Made by a program: the position numbers and the translations under genes | Shown here: one piece after another, positions 9,926 through 18,982 of the stretch | Layout: every line of letters begins with the position of its first letter | Position numbering within the stretch: position 1 is the stretch's first letter | Notes under the pieces: model-generated | The model's input: the letters and a program-made list of their open reading frames with translations, nothing else | Databases searched by the model: none | Told to the model about the DNA's origin: nothing | DNA from: an uncultured Myxococcales bacterium | Lineage (GTDB): Bacteria > Myxococcota_A > UBA9042 > GCA-2863065 | NCBI GenBank assembly: GCA_964545715.1 | Contig: CAZJHX010000003.1 | Coordinates: 81,644 to 145,643, forward strand | Length of the DNA stretch: 64,000 nt | Reading direction: 5' to 3'

Positions 9926-12685
9926 CTAGTCGAGCGTTGCGGCGATCTGAACGATCTCGAAGGCGTCGATGATGTCGCCCTCTTTGACGTCGTTGTAGCC
10001 GATGCCGATACCACACTCGTAGCCGCTCTGGACTTCGCGCGCATCGTTCTTGAAGCGCCGCAGCGACGTGATGCTGCCGGTGTAGATGACCTTGTTGTCG
10101 CGGACCAGGCGGACCTTGGCGCCGCGATTCATGACGCCCTCGAGGACGAACGAACCGGCGATGGTGCCGACCTTCGGGACGCCGAACGTGGCGCGAACCT
10201 CGGCCTTGCCCAGCGGTCGCTCCTCTTCCAGCGGCGACAGCAGCCCGGCCATGGCGGCGCGGACGTCGTCCAGCGCGTCATAGATGATGCTGTACAGCTT
10301 GAGGTCGACGCCGATGTTCTCGGCCAGGCTCTTGGCCTTGGACTCCGGACGCACGCCGAAGCCGATGATGATCGCGTTGGACGCCGACGCTAGGTTGACG
10401 TCCGACTCGCTGATGCCGCCGACCGCCGAGTGGATCACCTTCACGGTGACCTCGGGATGCGCCAGCTTGTTCAGCGCGTCTTTCAGCGCCTCGGCTGAGC
10501 CATGCACGTCCGCCTTGACGACGATGTTGAGCTCCTGGACCTCGCCGGCCTTCAGGAACTCGGACAGCGCGTCCAGCGACATCGTCTTCTTTTTGCCCTG
10601 CTGGACCTGCTTGGTCATCCGCTTCTCGTCGAGGCGGTGGTCCAGAATCTTCTTGGCGGCGCGGTCGTCCTTGACCACGTGGAACGGCTCACTGGCCTGC
10701 GGCACGCCCGACAGCCCGATGACCTCGACCGGCATGGACGGGGTCGTCTGCTTGACCTTCTTGCCCTTGTCGTTGGTCAGCGCCCGGACCTTGCCCGTGA
10801 CGACGCCGGAGACGACGACGTCCCCGACCGACAGCACACCCTCTTGAACCAGCAGCGTGGCGACAGGACCGCGGCCCTTCTCCAGCCGGCCCTCGAGCAC
10901 CAGACCCGTCGCCGGCACCTCGTGGCTGGCCGTCAGCTCCATCATCTCGGCCTGCAGCAGCACCATCTCCAACAGGGCGTCGATGCCCTCGTTCTTGAGC
11001 GCTGAGACCTTGCAGACCACGGTGTCGCCGCCCCACTGCTCGGACACCAGGCCGTGCTCGGAGAGCTCGGTCAGGACCTTGTCGGGGTTGGCGTTGGACT
11101 TGTCGATTTTGTTGACCGCCACCACGATCGGCACCTCAGCCGCGCGTGCGTGGTTGATCGACTCGATCGTCTGCGGCATGACGCCGTCATCCGCCGCCAC
11201 GACCAGAATGACCAGGTCGGTCGCCTTGGAGCCGCGGGCACGCATAGCGGTGAACGCCTCGTGGCCCGGGGTGTCGATGAAGACGACCTCGCCCTTGTCG
11301 GGGATCTCGACAGTGTACGCGCCGATATGCTGCGTGATGCCGCCGGCCTCGCCGTCCGCCACCCGCGTGTTGCGGATACAGTCCAGCAGGCTGGTCTTAC
11401 CGTGGTCGACGTGGCCCATCACCGTCACGACCGGGGGCCGCGGCTGCAAGCTGTCGTCGCTCTCCTCGGTATCCGCCAGGTAGTCCGACAGGTCGAACGC
11501 GTGGCTCTCCACCCTCCAGTCGAACTCCTCCGCAATCATCGTGGCGGTCTCAAAGTCGATGGTCTGGTTGACCGTCGCCATGACGCCAAGCTGCATCAGC
11601 TTGCCGATCACGGAGGTCGACTTGACCATCATGCCCTGCGCCAGGTCGCCGATGCTGATGCCGCTGCCCATCTTGACGACGCGCTTCGACTCTTTCATCA
11701 CCGACTGCGGTGTCGACTGCTGCTGGCGGCGCGTCTTCGGACGCTTCTTCTTGGCGCGACCACCTCGGAAGATGTCGTCGTGCTCCAGCATGCCGCGGCG
11801 GATCAGGTGATCGCGGCGCTTGTCGTAGGACAAGCGGCGTCCCGGACCTTTCTTCTTGGGATCCCGGCGCGGGTCGCCCGGACGGGCCGGCGCGTCACGA
11901 CCGGGTCCGCCACCGGGGCGTCGGTCGGCGGGCGCGTTGTCGTTACGCTCACCGCCACCGGCCGGCTGGTCGTATCCTTTCTCAGCGCGGGTGCGTGCGA
12001 CCGCGTCGGCCACCTTGCGGTCGACATGTGCGGCAACCACCACGGCGCGCTCCATCGTCGGCTCCGACGGTGCGTCAGGAAGGGTGACCGGCGTCTTGGG
12101 CGTCGCGTCATCACCGGCAGCGGCGGGCGCCGCTTCGGCATCCGCGGCAGCCGCTGGGACCTCAGCGGTCGCGGGCGGTGTCGCAACAGCCGGCTCTGCA
12201 GCGGCGGACGGCTCGGCCGAGGCGACCTCGGGGGTCGTCTCGGCGACGGGCGCGGTCTCGGCCGGAGCACCTGACTTGGCCACCGGGTCCGGCACCGCCT
12301 CCAGTACGGGCGCCTCGGGGGCGTCGGGGACGGCTGCGATGACAGGTGCGGGCTCCGCGACCTCTGCTGCTGCCGCGGCCTCTGCCGCCGCTGCTGCTGC
12401 TGCCGCCGCGGCTTCTTCGGCCTTGGCTGCTGCTGCCGCTGCTGCCAGCTCTTCCGGCGTCGGCTTACGTGCACGGCGACGTCGAACAGTGCGTGTTACG
12501 CGCTTCTCGACGACGTCGGTAATCGGTCCGGAGGCGAGCATCTTGCGCACGGCCGCGATCTTGTCCTGATCTAGAGCAGTCAGGTGATCATTGGCCATGA
12601 TCCCGATGGACGACATACGATGGATCAGCTCCTTGGAGTCGATCCCGTACTCACGGGCTATTTCGAAAACGCGAAGCGTACTCAT
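9926..12685 (-). CDS. infB: Translation initiation factor IF-2 with Ala/Pro/Glu-rich N-terminal region
   Basis: [34 protein letters not shown]. Confidence 0.98.
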   Translation of the reverse strand: MSTLRVFEIAREYGIDSKELIHRMSSIGIMANDHLTALDQDKIAAVRKMLASGPITDVVEKRVTRTVRRRRARKPTPEELAAAAAAAKAEEAAAAAAAAAAEAAAAAEVAEPAPVIAAVPDAPEAPVLEAVPDPVAKSGAPAETAPVAETTPEVASAEPSAAAEPAVATPPATAEVPAAAADAEAAPAAAGDDATPKTPVTLPDAPSEPTMERAVVVAAHVDRKVADAVARTRAEKGYDQPAGGGERNDNAPADRRPGGGPGRDAPARPGDPRRDPKKKGPGRRLSYDKRRDHLIRRGMLEHDDIFRGGRAKKKRPKTRRQQQSTPQSVMKESKRVVKMGSGISIGDLAQGMMVKSTSVIGKLMQLGVMATVNQTIDFETATMIAEEFDWRVESHAFDLSDYLADTEESDDSLQPRPPVVTVMGHVDHGKTSLLDCIRNTRVADGEAGGITQHIGAYTVEIPDKGEVVFIDTPGHEAFTAMRARGSKATDLVILVVAADDGVMPQTIESINHARAAEVPIVVAVNKIDKSNANPDKVLTELSEHGLVSEQWGGDTVVCKVSALKNEGIDALLEMVLLQAEMMELTASHEVPATGLVLEGRLEKGRGPVATLLVQEGVLSVGDVVVSGVVTGKVRALTNDKGKKVKQTTPSMPVEVIGLSGVPQASEPFHVVKDDRAAKKILDHRLDEKRMTKQVQQGKKKTMSLDALSEFLKAGEVQELNIVVKADVHGSAEALKDALNKLAHPEVTVKVIHSAVGGISESDVNLASASNAIIIGFGVRPESKAKSLAENIGVDLKLYSIIYDALDDVRAAMAGLLSPLEEERPLGKAEVRATFGVPKVGTIAGSFVLEGVMNRGAKVRLVRDNKVIYTGSITSLRRFKNDAREVQSGYECGIGIGYNDVKEGDIIDAFEIVQIAATLD

Positions 12686-12689
12686 TTTC

Positions 12690-13118
12690 TCACTTCTCCC
12701 CGAGGTCGGAGGATTCCTCCGCCTGGGTTGATTCCCCGGTCCAGGAACGATAGCGACGTCGCGCTAAAGCGACCGCGCGGGTATGCGCGGCATCCTGTTC
12801 CACACGCCTGGTCGCCCTTGTAGCGACCTCCAAGCTGTGCAGTAACCCGGCACTGACCTCATAAATCAGACCTTCGTTAGCTGGCACGTGAACGCGCCGT
12901 CTGAACGACCGCGCGAAGGAAGCACGTTTGACCGCACGTCGCAAGCAATCCGAATTCACGCAAAGCCATGCACCGCGGCCATCGGCGACGCCGCGGTAGT
13001 CTACAGCTACCGCTGAGCGAGCGTCCACAGTGAACCGTAACAGCTCACTGGTAGGACGCTTCGCCCGACAGGCGACGCAGGTGCGTTCGGGCTGGTGTTG
13101 CGTGATCGGCGCTCCGAT
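12690..13118 (-). CDS. ylxR: YlxR/RnpM (DUF448) family RNA-binding protein; start codon apparently non-canonical
   Basis: In-frame extension upstream of the ORF-track GTG 13028 encodes PERTCVACR...ELLRF; GRGAWLC follows; operon position between nusA and infB. Confidence 0.8.
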   Translation of the reverse strand: MGAPITQHQPERTCVACRAKRPTSELLRFTVDARSAVAVDYRGVADGRGAWLCVNSDCLRRAVKRASFARSFRRRVHVPANEGLIYEVSAGLLHSLEVATRATRRVEQDAAHTRAVALARRRYRSWTGESTQAEESSDLGEK

Positions 13119-13136
13119 GTCCGTGTCTCCGTTTGA

Positions 13137-14996
13137 TCAGACCGCTGCCGGAGCGGCGGTGTCTGAGTCTTCCTTGTCTTCTGTCTCTACGGCCTTGGCA
13201 GCCTCGGGGGCGGCCTCAGCCTCGGCCGGTGCGGCTTCGACGGCATCGTCTGAAGCGGCTTCGGCGGTCTCGGCGGTCTCGGCGGTCTCGGCAGCCTCAC
13301 CCTCAGAGGCGGCTGTCTCAGGCTCGGGCTCAGGCTCGGGCTCGGGCTCGGTGACCACCGGCTCCGGATCCACGTCCGACATCAGCGCCTCATAGCCACC
13401 GGCCTCGGCTTCCTCTTCGAGGTAGCTGCGGCTGGCGTCACGAATCGAGCGCGCCTTCTTGATGCCGATGCTCTCAATACCCGCCAGGCGGGCCAGGTCC
13501 TTCTCGGTCGCGATGGACTCCACAGTCGTGTAGCCCGCCTCGAGCAGCGCATCCAGCAAGGACTTGCTGAGCCGCGGCACGTTCTGCAGGCGACCGATCT
13601 CCCGGTCCTGCGGCAACGTCACCTCGACCGCCGGCGCGATGGGACGACGCGGGGCCGCCTCGCGAGCGCGCGGGTCGGGACTGGCGTCCTTCACCTGCTG
13701 AGCGATCTTGTGGATCCCGGCGACCGTCTCGGCCGTGATGCCCGGAATCATCGTCAACTCTTCGGCGCTGGCCGCCAGAAGGTTGTCCGGCGAGTGGAAG
13801 CCCAACTTGAAAAGGTACTCGATGGTGGAGGCGTCCAGGCCTTCATCCTCGAGGGCGAGCATGTGCGAACGCAGCTCGTCCTTCATCTCGTTGATCTTCG
13901 TCTCGGAGTGGATCTCGATCTTCCACCCCACCAGCTGGCTCGCCAGCCGCACGTTCTGCCCGCGACGACCGATGGCCAGGCTGAGCTGGTCATCGCCGAC
14001 GATGAGCTCGATCGTATTCGTGGCGTCATCGATGAGCACGCGCGACACGTCCGCCGGGGCGATAGCGTGACACACGAACTTGGCGATGTCGGAGCTCCAC
14101 GGGACGATGTCGATCTTCTCGCCACGCAGCTCTTGAACGACGGCCTGGACGCGCGCGCCCTTCATGCCGACGCAGGCGCCGACGGGATCGACGTCCGAGT
14201 CCGAGCTGGCGACGGCGATCTTGGTCCGCTCGCCGGGCTCACGCGCGACGTTTACGATGCGGACGATGCCCTCGTAGATCTCCGGAACCTCCATTTCGAA
14301 CAATTTCAAAATGAGGCCGATATCGGTGCGGCTCAGGATGATCTGCGGGCCTTTGGCAGCCTTGTTGACGTCCTTCACGTACGCCTGAACGCGGTCACCG
14401 GCGCGGTAGGACTCACGCGGCATCTGCTCGCGAATCGGCAGCACGGCCTCGGCGCGGCCAAGGTCTACGATGACATCGCCGCGCTCGAAGCGCCGCGCGA
14501 TCCCCGTGACCAGCTCGCCCGAGCGGTCCTTGTACTCGTTGAAGACGATGTCCCGCTCGGCCTCGCGGACGCGCTGGATGATGACCTGCTTGGCGGTTTG
14601 GGCGGCGATGCGGCCAAACGTGTTGCGCTGCGTCTTCACGCGCAGGATGTCGCCGTACTTTTCGTCTTCCTCGCGAGCTCGCTCAGCGTGCTCCTCGAGG
14701 TAGAAGATCTGAAAGCCCAGCTCGTCGCCCACCTGCGCCTCGGGGTCCACTTTGGAAGCGATCGGCAGAGGCATCTGCGTGTCGTCGTCGTCAGCCTCCT
14801 CAACCACCTCCATGTACTGGAACAACTCGACCTGGCCGAGCTCCTCTTCGTACACGGCCTCGAGCTGTCGCTCGTAACCAAAGACCTTCTTGGCCGCTGT
14901 GAGAATCGAGGCTTCAATGGCCTCGACGAGCACCGTTCGGTCGATGCCCTTCTCCTTGCTGACCTGCGATATCACCGGGTTGAGATTCTGGCTCAC
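13137..14996 (-). CDS. nusA: Transcription termination/antitermination factor NusA with HhH repeats and an acidic tail
   Basis: FGRIAAQTAKQVI, AREPGERTKIAV, GACVGMKGARV, AIGRRGQNVRLA. Confidence 0.97.
   Translation of the reverse strand: MSQNLNPVISQVSKEKGIDRTVLVEAIEASILTAAKKVFGYERQLEAVYEEELGQVELFQYMEVVEEADDDDTQMPLPIASKVDPEAQVGDELGFQIFYLEEHAERAREEDEKYGDILRVKTQRNTFGRIAAQTAKQVIIQRVREAERDIVFNEYKDRSGELVTGIARRFERGDVIVDLGRAEAVLPIREQMPRESYRAGDRVQAYVKDVNKAAKGPQIILSRTDIGLILKLFEMEVPEIYEGIVRIVNVAREPGERTKIAVASSDSDVDPVGACVGMKGARVQAVVQELRGEKIDIVPWSSDIAKFVCHAIAPADVSRVLIDDATNTIELIVGDDQLSLAIGRRGQNVRLASQLVGWKIEIHSETKINEMKDELRSHMLALEDEGLDASTIEYLFKLGFHSPDNLLAASAEELTMIPGITAETVAGIHKIAQQVKDASPDPRAREAAPRRPIAPAVEVTLPQDREIGRLQNVPRLSKSLLDALLEAGYTTVESIATEKDLARLAGIESIGIKKARSIRDASRSYLEEEAEAGGYEALMSDVDPEPVVTEPEPEPEPEPETAASEGEAAETAETAETAEAASDDAVEAAPAEAEAAPEAAKAVETEDKEDSDTAAPAAV
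13255..13350 (-). repeat. Short coding tandem repeats in the NusA tail (AET x3, EP repeats)
   Basis: ggtctcggc x3 and (ggctcg/ggctca)n visible in the DNA. Confidence 0.7.
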
Positions 14997-15538
14997 TGCC
15001 CCTCCGTCGCATCGAAAACGTACTTCAAATTCGCTTTTCTGATCCCGGTCACCGGGATATTGACCTTCTTCCCGGTGTCGACCGTCATCAAAACCTCGCC
15101 GCCGTCTGTGCCGGCGAGAATGCCCGTAAAGTTGCGGCGGTCGCCCACCGGGTCACGGGTCTTGATGACCGCCTTGCTGCCCTCGTATCGCGCAAAGTCC
15201 GACAGCCGCCCAAGGGGCCGGTCCAGGCCGGGAGATGACACCTCGAGGGTGTAGGCGCCAGCTACGGACTCCTCCACCTCGAGCACGACATCCAGCTGGC
15301 GTGACGCCTTGACGCAGTCGTCCAGGGTCACTCCACCGGGCTGGTCGATGAAGAAACGCAGCACTCCGCGGCCGCCGTTGGGGCGGGGGCCGTGGTACTC
15401 CACGTGCACGCACTCGAAGCCGAGGCTCTCGAGAACGGGCTCGCATACCGACATCACGCTCGTCTCGAGCTTGCCGGTCGCGATTCGCGGGTTGTCCTGG
15501 TCGATCATCATCTCCATCGTGCTGCCAAAATTTCCCAT
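14993..15538 (-). CDS. rimP: Ribosome maturation factor RimP
   Basis: LRFFIDQPGGVTLDDC, YTLEVSSPGLDRPL. Start is probably ATG 15538 or slightly downstream, not the ORF-track 15709. Confidence 0.93.
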   Translation of the reverse strand: MGNFGSTMEMMIDQDNPRIATGKLETSVMSVCEPVLESLGFECVHVEYHGPRPNGGRGVLRFFIDQPGGVTLDDCVKASRQLDVVLEVEESVAGAYTLEVSSPGLDRPLGRLSDFARYEGSKAVIKTRDPVGDRRNFTGILAGTDGGEVLMTVDTGKKVNIPVTGIRKANLKYVFDATEGQ

Positions 15539-15550
15539 CCGGTTTTGCCT

Positions 15551-15580
15551 AAAAAAAAGGCGGGCGACTAGTCGACCCGC
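15551..15580 (-). terminator. Terminator-like attenuator in the rimP leader
   Basis: Minus strand GCGGG-U-CGAC-UA-GUCG-CCCGC-C-U8, ending 12 nt upstream of rimP ATG 15538. Confidence 0.7.
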
Positions 15581-15631
15581 TGTAGCATGCCGAATGTGAG
15601 GAACGCGCGGGACCTTAGCAGAGCAATACGG

Positions 15632-15660
15632 TTGCTTCAAGCGAATTCCGAGGCTATAAG
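15632..15660 (+). promoter_or_regulatory. Sigma70-like promoter for the pssA-pyrE fusion operon
   Basis: TTGCTT-17 bp-TATAAG, ending 8 nt before ATG 15669. Confidence 0.5.
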
Positions 15661-15668
15661 CACGCCCG

Positions 15669-16976
15669 ATGACGGCGGCCACATCACGGTTAAAATACGT
15701 CTTTCCCAACGCGGTAACCGCGATCGGGATGCTCTTCGGGTTGTACTCGATTACCCTAACGATTGTAGGGGATTACGAGCAAGCAGCGTGGATGATCCTG
15801 GTCTGCGTCCTGATCGACAAACTGGACGGTAGCGTTGCGCGCCTGCTCAACGCCTCCTCGCGTTTTGGCGTGGAGCTGGATTCCTTCAGTGATTTCCTAA
15901 CATTCGGGGTCGCTCCGGGGCTGCTTTTCCTGAGTCTGATGACCGATGATCCGCGCTATATGTCCACGTGGCAGGGCGGCAGCGTCTGGTTTGTGCGCTT
16001 CTCGTGCGGCTTCTTCATCGTGATGGCGGCGCTGCGACTGGCCAAGTTCAACGTGCTGACTGAGGAGATCGGGTCCAAGATCTTCCTGGGCATCCCGACC
16101 ACGCTGACGGGCGGGACGTTGGCTGCGTACGTCCTGACGGTCTGGAAATACGACCTGCCGGACGTGATGCTGCAGTACGCGCCCGTGATCCTCATCGTCT
16201 TCGGGCTGTGGATGGTGTCCAACGTGCCCATCCCCAAGATTCGGGTCACGAAGAGCCTGGCGTTCAACATCTTTACGGCGGTCAATGCGGTCGGCGCCTA
16301 TGTGTGCACGCCGCTGCAGGTGCTGCCCGAGTACCTGTTCGCGGTCGCCTTCGGCTATTGCACGATCGGCACCTGGTACGCGCTGGTCTTCATGAAGCCG
16401 GAGAAGGCGCCGCCGGAGGACACCCGAGCGCGGCTGCTGGAGCTTCTGAAGGAGCTGAGCTACGAGAACCGCGAGATCACGCTGGCCAGCGGACAGAAGA
16501 GCAACTTCTACGTCGACTGCCGCAACACCTCGCTGCACCCCGAGGGCATCGTGCTGTGCGGGCGCGAGCTGCTGGATCTACTGCAGGAGGATGGCCCGGA
16601 GTTTGACGCGGTGGCCGGCCCGTCGATCGGCGCGGATCCGCTGATCAGCGGGATTCTGCACGCTAGCCAGGAGCGCAAGTCGCCCATTCCGGGGATGTTT
16701 GTGCGCAAAGAGCCCAAAGGGCACGGCACCGGGCGGCTGCTCGAAGGCACGCGCAACGTAAGGGACGGCGCACGCATCGCGATTGTGGAGGACGTCATCA
16801 CCACGGGCGGCTCCGCGATTCGCACGATTCGGGCCGTGCGCGAGGCCGGCTACGAGGTGGTGCGGCTGGTGGCCCTGGTCGACCGCCAGGAGGGCGGCGT
16901 GCCCAAGCTGGAGGCGGAGAAGGTCGAGGTCACGACGCTCTTCAAGAAGAGCGACTTCATCGGGAGCGGCACCTGA
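15669..16976 (+). CDS. Fusion of a CDP-alcohol phosphatidyltransferase (PssA-like) and orotate phosphoribosyltransferase (PyrE)
   Basis: N-terminal DKLDGSVAR..NASSRFGVELDSFSD; C-terminal LASGQKSNFYVDCR, VRKEPKGHG, IVEDVITTGGS; single uninterrupted frame. Confidence 0.9.
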   Translation: MTAATSRLKYVFPNAVTAIGMLFGLYSITLTIVGDYEQAAWMILVCVLIDKLDGSVARLLNASSRFGVELDSFSDFLTFGVAPGLLFLSLMTDDPRYMSTWQGGSVWFVRFSCGFFIVMAALRLAKFNVLTEEIGSKIFLGIPTTLTGGTLAAYVLTVWKYDLPDVMLQYAPVILIVFGLWMVSNVPIPKIRVTKSLAFNIFTAVNAVGAYVCTPLQVLPEYLFAVAFGYCTIGTWYALVFMKPEKAPPEDTRARLLELLKELSYENREITLASGQKSNFYVDCRNTSLHPEGIVLCGRELLDLLQEDGPEFDAVAGPSIGADPLISGILHASQERKSPIPGMFVRKEPKGHGTGRLLEGTRNVRDGARIAIVEDVITTGGSAIRTIRAVREAGYEVVRLVALVDRQEGGVPKLEAEKVEVTTLFKKSDFIGSGT

Positions 16977-17620
16977 AGGCGGGGCTCCGCGGCAGCACGG
17001 TCGTCCTGGCTGCCTTGATGACGGTCACGGCCGTCGGGTGCAGTCAGCCGAAAGTGGTGCTGGGGCAGGGCGACCGCGCCTACACGGCCCAGAGCTACAA
17101 GCAGGCGCTGACGGAGTGGACGCGCCGTGGCGAGATGTACAAGGACTTTCTGTCGCGCGTTTTCGCGTATGGCACGTACCGGGATTGGTCGTTTCGGCAG
17201 GCCCAGGTCACGTATCGCGCGCGCACAGAGCGGCTCCCGGCGCTGGATGTCGCCCGTCTGCGCGAGCAAGAGCGCCGTGAAGCGCAGAACGGGCACCACT
17301 TCTTCCTGGCGGTGCACACGCACGAGTGGTCCTGGAATCATCTGGAGCGACAGGGGGACGAGGCGCTGTGGCGGCTGCGTCTGATCAACGATCAGGGGGA
17401 CTCGGTGGCGCCGACACAAGTGCAGCGGATCGGGCTGCGAAACGGGCGCTATACGCCACTTTATCCGTACTACGAGGACTTTTATGTGGGGTACCTTGTA
17501 CATTTTCCGCGCCTTACGGAGCGCGGACGTGAGATCCTCCGCAAAGGCATCGGTGAGTTTACGGTGCGGATCAGTGGACCGCAGGCGGTTGTCGACCTGC
17601 GATGGGCGGTGGCGCCATGA
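16973..17620 (+). CDS. Putative lipoprotein (probable CTG start overlapping the upstream TGA)
   Basis: From CTG 16973: (M)KAGLRGSTVVLAALMTVTAVG-C signal peptide; GGGAG 6 nt upstream. The ORF track starts it at 17015. Confidence 0.65.
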   Translation: MKAGLRGSTVVLAALMTVTAVGCSQPKVVLGQGDRAYTAQSYKQALTEWTRRGEMYKDFLSRVFAYGTYRDWSFRQAQVTYRARTERLPALDVARLREQERREAQNGHHFFLAVHTHEWSWNHLERQGDEALWRLRLINDQGDSVAPTQVQRIGLRNGRYTPLYPYYEDFYVGYLVHFPRLTERGREILRKGIGEFTVRISGPQAVVDLRWAVAP

Positions 17621-18534
17621 CGCAGCACACAACATCGGCGTGGGATGACACGCCGCTCTACTATGAGCTGCACGGGCTTCCGGTCGGTGAGGCGCCGGCT
17701 GTGGTGCTGTGCGACGGCATCGGCTGCGACGGCTTCATCTGGAAGTATCTGACGCCCTGGCTGAGCGAGCGGTACACCGTCTTGCACGGCCATTATCGCG
17801 GCCACGGGCGCTCGGGCAAAGCGCCGTCCATGGACCATTATAGTATTGCGGACACGGTCAAAGACCTGTTCACGGTGATGGATGATGCCGGCGTCGAGAG
17901 TGGCCTGCTCTTCGGGCACTCGATGGGCGTGCAGGTGACTATCGAAGCTGCGCTCAGCGCGCCCGAGCGGGTGAACGGGCTCAGCCTGCTCTGCGGCAGC
18001 TTTGGGCGACCGCTGGATACGTGGCACGACCACGCCATGTTGAAGTCTGCGCTGCCTCGCATGCAGTGGTTCATGAGTCGCTTCGGTGGGCTGGTCGAGC
18101 CGGCGCTGCGGCGTCTCATGCCGACCAGCATCGGCTGGCTCTTTGCCCAGGGGGAGGTCGACGGCGCGCTGCTGCGTCGGGAGGACTTCATCCCGTACCT
18201 GGAGCACCTGTCCAAGATGGACAGCTCAGTCTTTCTACGGATGCTGGAGGAGGCGTCCAAGCACACCACTGAGGACCGGCTGCAGCAGCTGGATCGCCCG
18301 GTGCTGATCGTGGGCGGAGAGCGCGACAAGTTCACGCCGTTCTGGGTCAGTGAGGTGTTGGAGAGTCATCTGCCCAACGCGGAGCTGCACATGGTGCGGG
18401 GCGGAACGCATACGATCCCGCTCGAGCATCGAAAGCTGACGGAGATGCTGATCGACAGCTGGCTGTCGCGAAACGCGCTGGCTGAGCCAGTCGCGGATGA
18501 GCCGGCCTACAGGGCGAGCTCGTCGTCCTCGTAG
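17617..18534 (+). CDS. Alpha/beta fold hydrolase
   Basis: YRGHGRS, GHSMG nucleophile elbow, GERDKFTP, GGTH; ATGA overlap with the upstream gene. Confidence 0.9.
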   Translation: MTQHTTSAWDDTPLYYELHGLPVGEAPAVVLCDGIGCDGFIWKYLTPWLSERYTVLHGHYRGHGRSGKAPSMDHYSIADTVKDLFTVMDDAGVESGLLFGHSMGVQVTIEAALSAPERVNGLSLLCGSFGRPLDTWHDHAMLKSALPRMQWFMSRFGGLVEPALRRLMPTSIGWLFAQGEVDGALLRREDFIPYLEHLSKMDSSVFLRMLEEASKHTTEDRLQQLDRPVLIVGGERDKFTPFWVSEVLESHLPNAELHMVRGGTHTIPLEHRKLTEMLIDSWLSRNALAEPVADEPAYRASSSSS

Positions 18535-18905
18535 AAGAGGGTGTCCATCTGCGTGAGCAGTTTGTTGAGGAACTGCTCTTCCCTCCCTTTGATCTCCAGG
18601 AAGCGCACGCCCATGCCGGGGTGCATGACCGGGTTCGTCTCGTCGTACTCGCGGACCCAGCGGACCTCGGCGCGCGTCTCGAACGTGTGATCGACGCCGG
18701 GGACTGAGAAGCTGACCTGCAGAATGCTGCCCAGGGGCAGCGTCTCATAGGTGGAGATGAACAGCCCGCCCGCCGAGATGTCCTCGGTGAAGCCGGTGAA
18801 GAACTGGTGTCCCGTCTGCGCCCCGACCTCGATTCGCTTCGCATGCCGCTCGTGCTCGCGTCGCTCTTCGTAGTTGGGCTGTCGGGCTGTTGACTGCTGT
18901 GGCAT
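18507..18905 (-). CDS. Stand-alone PilZ domain protein (TIGR02266 myxobacterial type)
   Basis: REHER (RxxxR), FFTGFTEDISAGGLFI, EVRWVRE, PGMGVRF. Confidence 0.85.
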   Translation of the reverse strand: MPQQSTARQPNYEERREHERHAKRIEVGAQTGHQFFTGFTEDISAGGLFISTYETLPLGSILQVSFSVPGVDHTFETRAEVRWVREYDETNPVMHPGMGVRFLEIKGREEQFLNKLLTQMDTLFYEDDELAL

Positions 18906-18982
18906 CTGTCTTTCCTTGCGTGGCGTCTGAAGTGGGTATCGGCCCGCTTGCGCACACGGTTAAGGAAAACAATGCGCCGTAA

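Noticed and set aside
12370-12450. GCT/GCC runs
   Set aside because: Poly-Ala low-complexity region of the IF-2 N-terminus, which is common.
5831-15254. Long plus-strand ORFs 5831-8107, 11054-12274 and 13710-15254
   Set aside because: Antisense shadows of pnp, infB and nusA/rimP.
15539-15709. N-terminal extension of rimP
   Set aside because: Crosses the attenuator and the divergent gene start; not RimP-like.
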